Assembly (NCBI GenBank): GCA_963806535.1
Contig: CAWDYC010000007.1
Location: 64,001-128,000, forward strand
Direction: 5' to 3'
DNA: 64,000 nt
Source: Candidatus Bathyarchaeota archaeon
GTDB taxonomy: Archaea; Thermoproteota; Bathyarchaeia; Bathyarchaeales; Bathycorpusculaceae
Position numbers and translations under genes: made by a program. Every line of letters begins with the position of its first letter. Positions within the stretch are counted from its first letter, which is position 1. The notes beneath the pieces are model-generated. The model had not been told where the DNA came from. It saw only the letters and a program-made list of their open reading frames with translations, and made no database searches. Positions 50,978-59,826 of this stretch are shown piece after piece.

Positions 50978-52450
50978 ATGAAACATCATAAAAGATCTTT
51001 TGCCAAGTTTATTGGAATAATAATGGTAGTCCTATTCTTAGTCTTACCATATACAATTCAATTTACTCATGCCCAAGCCAGTGGAAACGACAAATGGGCA
51101 TTAAACTTCCAAATTATGAATGCACAAAACGCCACTTCCACAACTTTCGCGCCTTTTGATGAAATCAAATTTAGCGCAAATGTAACCTATTCCAACGCCT
51201 CACAACCAGACATACTTGTAACCTTCAAGGTGCAAGGACCTACTGAATCACAAAACCCAATAAATATCACCCGAATAGCAACAACAAGCTCAAGTGGCGA
51301 AGCCGAATGTTCGTTCTTCTTACCAATAATGAACCAAAACAATAATTCAGTAACTGGGACTTGGCAAACCACCGCAACCATACGAACAAGCAACGGCACC
51401 ATTCAACAGAATCAGGATTTCACCACTCAATGGAAGCTGGAAATTAAGTCAATTAGCATAAAAAATTCTCAGAATCAAAACCAATCAATCTTTTACCCAG
51501 GAAATACCTGCGGTTTGCTGCTGGAATTGAAAAACAATGGACCATCACAAACGGCAAACATAACCCTTACCATGCAAGATTCAACAGGCAAGGTAATCAA
51601 CCAGACACAAATTGAAAATACTCAAGTGGAAACAACAACCACCAATTCAACACAAATCCAAAGCAGCATCCAAATACCTAACTCAGCGCTGACAGGTGAA
51701 TCTACAATTACAGGTGCAATTTACGCTGGAAACTACAATTATTCAATGTTGCCAGCAGGCGAAAATAAAACAGCATACTTTACAATTACTGGCAATATTG
51801 CACCTTCAACGACTGCTATTCCGACTCCCTCACCGACAGTGGAAAACGCGATGGGTCTATTCTCGTGGCTTCTAGTTGCAACAGGGCTATTTACATTCAC
51901 AGCATTATTTATGTTCTTGAAACGAAAAACCATTCCTGGAATTAACACTCAAATTCCAATAACTCCAGCGCCAACATCCAACCAAATCACAACAACCCTA
52001 CCGCCCCAACTATTAGAGCAACAACCGACTGGACAAACCGCATTGCTAGTTACACCAACAGCCAAAGTAGCCTCCGAAAAAACAGTCAATGCAACGCTGC
52101 CAATATCATTACCTAGCATTTATGAGACTCTAAATATGCCAACTTCAGAATCAACAAATCCTCAAGAACAAAAACAAATAATAATCAACCAGCTAACCAA
52201 AATTTCCAGCGCCAGCCAAAGAGTTCAAGCACTAGAATCTGCACTTAAAATAGAAAGAGAACAGCTCAGCAAAGAAATAGCAACTCTTACCAAAACACTT
52301 GAGGAACAAGAAAGAGCGGTCAAAAACTACTTCGACACAATAAAAGAAGAAATAGCAAAGCTAAACTCTAACCCAAACAGCGATAAGGAAGAAAATGCGC
52401 CTTCACAAAATAGGGTAAATCAACAACTTAAGAAAGATGGCGAGAATTAA
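50978..52450 (+). CDS. Single-pass surface protein: Ig-like ectodomains, TM, P/T/Q linker, cytoplasmic coiled coil
   Basis: Signal peptide; FAPFDE..ANVTY domain shared with the scaffoldins; TM followed by KRK; heptad-rich C-terminus. Confidence 0.75.
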   Translation: MKHHKRSFAKFIGIIMVVLFLVLPYTIQFTHAQASGNDKWALNFQIMNAQNATSTTFAPFDEIKFSANVTYSNASQPDILVTFKVQGPTESQNPINITRIATTSSSGEAECSFFLPIMNQNNNSVTGTWQTTATIRTSNGTIQQNQDFTTQWKLEIKSISIKNSQNQNQSIFYPGNTCGLLLELKNNGPSQTANITLTMQDSTGKVINQTQIENTQVETTTTNSTQIQSSIQIPNSALTGESTITGAIYAGNYNYSMLPAGENKTAYFTITGNIAPSTTAIPTPSPTVENAMGLFSWLLVATGLFTFTALFMFLKRKTIPGINTQIPITPAPTSNQITTTLPPQLLEQQPTGQTALLVTPTAKVASEKTVNATLPISLPSIYETLNMPTSESTNPQEQKQIIINQLTKISSASQRVQALESALKIEREQLSKEIATLTKTLEEQERAVKNYFDTIKEEIAKLNSNPNSDKEENAPSQNRVNQQLKKDGEN

Positions 52451-53224
52451 TTTATTTCAATTTCACATCTTTTTAATCCAAAATTAGCCTCTCAAAATCA
52501 CGCATCTTTATTTTAATAATATTTGGACAAACTGCTTAAGAAACTTATTCATAATCAACGTTTTAAATAAAAATGAGGAAAAGGGGCCATTACCAAAAAC
52601 AAAATTAATTTAGTGAAATGGCATTTTTCCTCATTTGCCTTCTCCAATTTCTCCAGTTGACAACTAAGCGAGCAATCGCTATTTGATACTTGTCAATATA
52701 GAAAATGAAATACAAATAGTCTTTGCGAAATCTATTTAGTGATTAGAATTCTAAAACCTAAATTAATATTAAAAAAAAATAATCAATCCAATTTCAAGTT
52801 ACGGCAATGTAGTATCTGTATAACTTATGTCTTTAAGACTTATTTGCGATGTTCTTTCCTCAAAATTGAGGCTAACCATAATTATGTCCAATTCATTGCC
52901 CTGTTCCAATTGCATACCGAATTAGATAAACCAAAAGAATTTCAAGAGCGCAGGATGAGAGACCACAAAAACGTACTTAGCGAAGTAAAATTCAGAGATC
53001 TAAGAAAGTGAAAAAGTGGAGAAAGTGCTTTCTCAGTTTACACTTTCTCGCCGAAGCAAGTGGCAGCAGAGAAAATGCTAAACAAGAAAGTCTTATGAAT
53101 GAATTTGCATTAATTTTATCTTTTTCAACTAAATAGTTTGCAAAAAAACTATAGCGCATCATTTTCTATGGCGAAAGGTGCTTTATATGTACATCTCCCC
53201 TGTGCAAACAGGAGAAAGGTGAAA

Positions 53225-55331
53225 ATGAAGAAAACAGGAAAGGTAATGGGAATTATAATAGTAATGTTGATCGCGTTTTTTAGTGCATCATTCATTGCTA
53301 CATCAAACGCCTCAGGAACAAGTCAAGTCACCATATACAATGGAGCAAATCAAGGCTCAATAGACTACAAAGTTGACAATGTACAATATTCAACACAGCA
53401 AACATTTACTTGGACACAAGGAAGCACACACACAATACAAGGAATCCAAACAACTATCGGAAACCAACTACAACTTTCACCAGCAGGAGACTTTTATGTA
53501 GATGGCAGCTATATTTATACTAACGTCTTAACATATACAGTTCCAACACATGATGGTTCAGTCTTCATAGATTCATCAACAAAATACGGAATTACTTTTA
53601 ACACCAACGGAATTGGATCAGTTACACCATCAGGATTCGGATGGTATGACCAAAGTTCAATAGACGCTGTTGCAACCCCAACAAATCCTAGCCAAGTCTT
53701 CACAGGATGGACATTTGATCCAACTTTTGAAATTGACGACCCTTTGAATCCAGCGCAGACTGTTTACATTAATGGATACGGAACAGTAACTGCAAACTTC
53801 TATCAACCACCTGCATTAACAAGTACAATAACAATAACGAATCACGCTGGAACAGGAAGTACAAACTACAAAGTTGACAATATACAATATTCAACGCCAC
53901 AAATATTCACATGGGAGCAAGGAAGCATTCACACTATTACTGGAGTCACAACTATAAACGGTCAAGAAAGATATGTTCCAACTTCAATAGACAGTGGAAT
54001 AACACAACCCACTACATATGTAACAGATCCATGCACTTACACTGTCCCAACATATGATGAACACATTTGGATAGCACCTACCACACAATACGCAGTAAAC
54101 TTTAACGTAAATGGACTTGGCACAGTAACCCCTTCAGGACAAAACTGGATTAATCCATGGGCAAACATCACGATTTCCGCCACACCAGCAGTTGGTCAAA
54201 GATTTACAGGTTGGACAGCTACAAGTGACTATGGAGACGTCTACTTCCTTGATGCATCTGCAGCATCAACAAATGTCTCAATAGGCGATCTTAACACAGT
54301 TATCACAGCGAACTTTGCACCAATGCCCACAAGTCAAATTACAATAAATAATAACCAAGTAACTTATCAAATTGATGGGAGCAACTATTACTCTTCAAAC
54401 GGTCAAGTCTTTAATTGGATTCAAGGAAGCACACACACAATAACAACATCTGAGAGCATTTTCGGTTTAACTATGAAATACACACCTACGGGATTTATTT
54501 CTCCAAGCATAGGCTCTGTAAGCGGAAATACTTTAACCTACACAGTTCCGACAACAAATGAAGCTGTAAATATTGCATCTAATGTAAGCTACTGGGTAAC
54601 TGTAAATGCCAACACAAGTGGTTCAGTATCTCCGTCAGGTTCAACATGGTATTCAAATGAGCAACGAGTTCCTATAACTGCAACTCCAAACACTGGTTAC
54701 ACAATTCGTGAATTGGGTAATAACACCAGATGACGACACAACAATTGACAGCTTAACATCTGCTTCTACAACTGCCACTATGGGCGGCCCATGTACAATA
54801 ACAGCTAATTTTGCCCAGGTTCCGTCAACACCAGTTCAAATTACTAATGTTCAAATTCCATCAATTGCAACTCAAACAGGCTTTATGATGCCAATAAATG
54901 TCACTCTAAATAATCCAGATTCAGTATCTGAAACCGCAAATGTTCAAATAAATGCTAACGGAACATCTGTGTTCAGCGACACAATTACATTAAGTGCAAC
55001 ACAAACCGAAACAGTCCCATGCTACTTTAACGCAAGCGTATTAAGCATAGGAAATTACACCTGGATAGCAACTATAACCACCACAAGTCTGTCAGGTACA
55101 CCATCAACATCAACAACTGGACAAATGGCAGTGACTTATTTAGGCGACATCAATGGAGACTTCAAAGTTGACGGCAAAGATTTTATTGCTTTTTGCGGCG
55201 CATATGTTCAATATTGGCAAGTCGGCGGTTCGCACCAAGTTGATCCTGCATCAGACTTCAATCATGACGGCAAAATAGACGGCACTGATTTTATCGCTTT
55301 CAACAGTGCATATGTCAGTTATTGGGAGTAA
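53225..55331 (+). CDS. Secreted repeat protein (InlB-B/Flg_new-like repeats) + CARDB-like domain + dockerin; one +1 frameshift near 54702
   Basis: Three modules ending G.V.PSG..W....ATP....F..W....ANF; removing one A restores GYTFVNWVI; GDINGDFKVDGKD and SDFNHDGKIDGTD. Confidence 0.78.
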
Positions 55332-55634
55332 CAAACATTATTTAAGAAAAAGTTATACAATACGACTTTTTTTAAGATTTTGACACAAGAGGATTTTTTC
55401 GGCTAATCCGCAAATTATTCTCGTTACAAGAAACAAAATTATTCTACAATAGAATTTATCAATATTGTTCTCATTTAAAAATCTTATTTCTTTTAAATTG
55501 AAAAACGCGAACAATAAACAAAGAAGTTAAAATGTACCCTGAGAGATAACATTTTCTATATAGTTACTAGAAATTACTAAGGTATCTCTTAATTGGCGCG
55601 CCATAATAAGATTATTTGAGGGAGCTAAAAGCAA

Positions 55635-55829
55635 ATGAACAAAACCATTGAATCAATAACTTTCTTGTGTCCTGAATGTGAAGAGACCTTCGAATTTGAC
55701 CTTGTCGGAGAACACGAGTTTGTGCCATGTCCAATGTGTGGAACCGAATTTACCACTGTGAAAAAAGGCCAAAAGTTGCTGCTTGAATGCTTTGAATTCA
55801 ATTTGACTGAAAACGCGCCCGTGGCCTAA
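55635..55829 (+). CDS. Small Zn-ribbon protein (LysW-like fold)
   Basis: CPECEETFE...CPMCGTEF. Confidence 0.75.
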   Translation: MNKTIESITFLCPECEETFEFDLVGEHEFVPCPMCGTEFTTVKKGQKLLLECFEFNLTENAPVA

Positions 55830-55845
55830 GATGAGGTGAAAATGG

Positions 55846-56001
55846 TTGAAAGTTAAATGTGTGGGTTGCGAAAGAAAATTTGAAGTGCTTCCTGAAATCT
55901 TCGGTAACTACGATATAATATTCTGTCCAGTCTGCGGATTAGACCATCAAGTAATCAAAAAAACAAGCCGAGTTATAATTAAATCAATCCAGTGTGCATA
56001 A
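55846..56001 (+). CDS. Small Zn-ribbon protein, 51 aa (absent from the ORF track)
   Basis: GAGGTGA ribosome-binding site + TTG; MKVKCVGCERKFEVLPEIFGNYDIIFCPVCGLDHQVIKKTSRVIIKSIQCA. Confidence 0.7.
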   Translation: MKVKCVGCERKFEVLPEIFGNYDIIFCPVCGLDHQVIKKTSRVIIKSIQCA

Positions 56002-56111
56002 AAAAAAGCACACACCAACACTTCTTTAGATTTCTCAAATGTGCTTGTATAGAGACTTGATTTAGAAATAAAATAGCAAATTATTAATTTCAACAGGTTT
56101 ACTTTGATTTT

Positions 56112-56651
56112 ATGAAAGAAATAGAAGCAAAGATTCTAGAAATCAACAGATCAAAGGTTGAGGAGACTCTCAAAAGTCTGGGTGCCGAAAAGATTTTCGA
56201 CGGAGACATCCAAACATTCTTCTTTGACTCAAAAGATGGCGTCATAATTAAAGCGAAAGATGTGTTACGGTTAAGAAAAGAGCAGAATCAAATTGAATTA
56301 ACATATAAAAAAGTTCGTTTCACCCAAACGGCCAAAGTAGCCGAAGAATATTCAGTTGAGGTCTCAAACTTTGATACGATGAAGAAAATCCTTGAGAACT
56401 TGGGGTTAAATGTCATCGAAAAGATGGAGAAACATAGAATTAGTTACAAGCTCGACAAATCCCGTTTTGACATCGACTGTTACCTTGGCGATTATAGTTA
56501 TATTCCTGAGTTTTTAGAAATAGAAGCAGAAGATAAAGATTTAATTCAAAAATATGCTGCACTTTTGGGTTTTAAGGCTTCTGATTGTTTGCCTTGGTCA
56601 ACGAATGATGTTGTTCAATATTATTCCTCAAAGAAAGAAAAAAATGTTTAA
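56112..56651 (+). CDS. cyaB: CYTH/class IV adenylate cyclase-like triphosphate tunnel metalloenzyme
   Basis: EIEAK (ExExK), LRLR, LTYK, FLEIE. Confidence 0.85.
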   Translation: MKEIEAKILEINRSKVEETLKSLGAEKIFDGDIQTFFFDSKDGVIIKAKDVLRLRKEQNQIELTYKKVRFTQTAKVAEEYSVEVSNFDTMKKILENLGLNVIEKMEKHRISYKLDKSRFDIDCYLGDYSYIPEFLEIEAEDKDLIQKYAALLGFKASDCLPWSTNDVVQYYSSKKEKNV

Positions 56652-56671
56652 GGGTTATTTAGAGGCTCTTT

Positions 56672-57274
56672 TTACGCAGGTTTTTGAGACGAATCGGTAC
56701 TGGTGTGAGTAGAACTTGGGCTAGAGATAGGTTCTGTTGGCTTTGGAGGAATCGTTGACTTTGCAGAGGTAGGCTTAACTGGAGCTTTGACTTTCGTTGG
56801 AGCAACAGATTTTTTTTCTGTTTTTGCAGCCTTAGAGGAGACAACTGGTGAGGACTTTGCTTTAGCAGTTGGGATTTTTTTGATCTTAACAAGTTTCTTC
56901 TTTGGGGCATTCCATGAAGGAGCCTTTTCATGTTCTTGTACGTATTTGTCTAATAGTTCTTTTTGCATTGTTTTTGGTTTATCACAGGACATCCAGGTAA
57001 TGGCTGTTTTTTCAATGTAGCCGTCGCTTAACAAAGATTCGCTGATTTTCTTTGTGTTTTTTCCGCCATAGCCAGCCAAGTATCCTCCCAAAATCCGTCT
57101 AGCAAGCCTCTTGGATCGACCAATGTACAATATGTCTGATGCGGCTTTTCCAGTAAGAGAGGTATCTATTATAGCGAAAACGTTGCCGCTATTAGAGGGC
57201 AAGCTTGAGAATGAAATAGTTTTCAATGAACATGGTTGAGAGAAACCAATTTCTTTTAATGTTAAAGAATTCAC
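56672..57274 (-). CDS. GIY-YIG-like domain protein with Lys/Ala/Pro/Ser-rich basic tail
   Basis: GNVFAI...LYIGRSKRLARRI...PSWN followed by a low-complexity tail. Confidence 0.65.
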   Translation of the reverse strand: MNSLTLKEIGFSQPCSLKTISFSSLPSNSGNVFAIIDTSLTGKAASDILYIGRSKRLARRILGGYLAGYGGKNTKKISESLLSDGYIEKTAITWMSCDKPKTMQKELLDKYVQEHEKAPSWNAPKKKLVKIKKIPTAKAKSSPVVSSKAAKTEKKSVAPTKVKAPVKPTSAKSTIPPKPTEPISSPSSTHTSTDSSQKPA

Positions 57275-57691
57275 GTTAAATCACACTTCCTTTTTTGTTT
57301 TTATAGAATCTTGTGTATCCTAAAATCTTTGAGTAAAATATAACTCTTACTATAACATCTTTTATCAAATTAAATATATATTACTATATATGTCTATATA
57401 ATCTATTTTGGAAGCACTTAACCCTCCATCTGTTTCTTAAATAATGCGGAGAAAAGAAAAAAATGACAGCCAAAAAAATTCTGTTATTTGAATACGAGAA
57501 TTATGCTTGCCGAAAACCAAAAACGGTGGATATCAACGAACTCTCAGGGAAGCGCCGTCGCTGAGCTTAAAACCGAAGCTTCTGAGAAGAAAATATCTTT
57601 ACAGATTAACTGATAAAGAGGTAAAACTAATTATTTCTGCTAGATGATGAGTCTAGCGGAAACCTTGCAAAAACACTGGATGAAATAGGTT

Positions 57692-59826
57692 ATGTCGGAG
57701 AAAAAAAATGATTCTAATGTCAATATTGACTTAAACGATAAAAAACTCTTAGATAACCCAAACTTTTTCATAAACAGGGAGCTTAGTTGGATCAGATTTA
57801 ATGCACGCGTTCTGGAGGAAGCTCGTGATCGTTGGCATCCTTTGTTAGAAAGAGTAAAATTCACTGCGATCTGTGGAAGCAATCTCGACGAGTTTTTCAT
57901 GACACGAATTCCCCGACTTATGAAAAAAATCAAAGCAGGCTCTAATGAGAAATCAAAGGACGGGATGACCGCAATAGAACAGATTGAAGCCACAAGAGAA
58001 GAAATTATTCCACTTATCATTAAACACGCAGATTGCTGGAGAAACGAACTTCTTCCTGCTCTTGCCAAGGAGAAAATTTTTATTTGGAAATTTAGCGAAC
58101 TAGGTACAAAAGATAAGGAAAATTTGCGCAATTTCTTAAAACAAAGTATTCTTCCGCTAATCAAAACTCCCCGCGAAGGCTTTGATGGTGGAGTATTAGA
58201 GAATTTACACATTACACTTTATATAACTGGCTTTGCTAATCCCGATTCTTTTTTTTGGTTGACGTTCCAAGTGAAAAGTTTGGAAGGCTCATAAGAATTC
58301 CAAAAAGCTCCAGCCAGCTAACTCTAGAAGGAGAGGCAAGCGTACACTATAACTACGTCTTCTTGGAAGATTTGATGGAAAGTAATCTACAATTATTTTT
58401 CCCAAATGAAAACAATCTATCTTGCTGTAAATTTAGATTAACGCGAAATGGAGAAATTAACATTCTGATGGATGAGTCTGCTGATTTTCTTGGTTCTGTT
58501 AAAAAAGGGCTTTCCGCTCGAAAAGCTGGGTTTCCAAGTAGATTAGAGTTCGAACGTAAAGTGCCTGAACTAGTTAGAGAAAAGGTAGCTGCAGCTTTGG
58601 GACTGCCTGAATATTTAACATACGAGTTTGATGGGCCACTAGGTTTTGTAGACCTTTGGCAACTACTCAAAATAAACCGTCCGGAACTCAAAGATAAAAG
58701 CTTCTTACCCTGCTTTTCGCCTCTTTTGTCACCTGAAAAAGGCATGCTAAAAACTATTGCCAAACAAGACTTTGTCTTGTATCACCCTTATGACAGTTTT
58801 GAAGTGATAATCGACCTGCTTAAAGAAGCAGCAAAGGACCCGAGCGTTTTGGAAATTTGCATCACAATGTACCGAATGGATCATAATTCACCCGTTGTGG
58901 AGGCATTGATTGAAGCTGCCGAAAAAGGCAAAAAGGTTACAGCAATAGTTGAGTTGAAAGCAAAATTCGACGAAGAAAACAATATCATATTAGTCTCAAA
59001 ACTAAGACAAGGCGGAGTAAACACCGTTTATAATTTTCCCAATTTTAAAGTACACGCGAAACTATGCTTAATCGTTAAAAAAGAAGGAGAACAAATTCTT
59101 AGATATAGTCACATTGGGTCAGGAAACTATAACGCAGTAACAGCAAAAATATACGGCGACATAGGCTACTTAACAGCAAATCCGGAAGTAGGAGCAGAAC
59201 TTGAAGAACTTTTTGGCATCATAATTAATGGACTGCAAGAAAAAGAATTTACACATTTGCTGGTAGCCCCAAAAACGCTGAAAAAGGAAATCCTCAAACG
59301 AATAGATAAAGAAATATATTTTCACCAGCAAACGGGCAATGGCTATTTGGCATTTAAATTAAACAATTTAGAGGAGACAGAAATTATTCAAGCCCTTTAC
59401 AAGGCATCCAGGGCTGGAATCAAAATCGACCTCAACGTCCGAGGACTATGCTGTTTAAGACCAGGAATAAAAGGGATAAGTGACAACATTTCCGTGATAT
59501 CTATAGTAGGGCGTTTTCTTGAGCATGCAAGGATTTATTATTTCCGAGACGAAGCAAACCCTGAAGTACTTATCGGCAGTTCAGATATGATGTTTAGAAA
59601 CCTAAACGAAAGAATTGAAGTTCTAATGTCAGTTCCTGATCCACACCTCAAAAGAGCAATCTTGGAAAATATGCTTAAAATCCATCTTTTGGACAACGTT
59701 AAAGCAAGAAAGCTTTTGCCAGACGGAACTTACGTTAGAGTTACACCAAAAGAAGGAGAAAAAACTATTAATTCCCAAGCTTGGCTCATCCAAAATAGAG
59801 GTGTATGGAATGAACGTTCCAATTAA
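57692..59826 (+). CDS. ppk1: Polyphosphate kinase 1, frameshifted at the T8 tract 58249-58256
   Basis: NRELSWIRFNARVLEEA, SNLDEFF, HPYDSF, VELKAKFDE, KVHAK, GRFLEHARI. Confidence 0.9.

Noticed and set aside
52739-53011. 90-aa ORF
   Set aside because: AT-rich, no RBS or recognisable motif; probably intergenic
53019-53049. GAGAAAG-containing inverted repeats (alternative hairpins)
   Set aside because: Short and single-copy; cannot be distinguished from an operator or chance
57463-57564. 33-aa ORF (MTAKKILLFEYENYACRKPK...) upstream of ppk1
   Set aside because: It has a plausible RBS but is too short to support without conservation data
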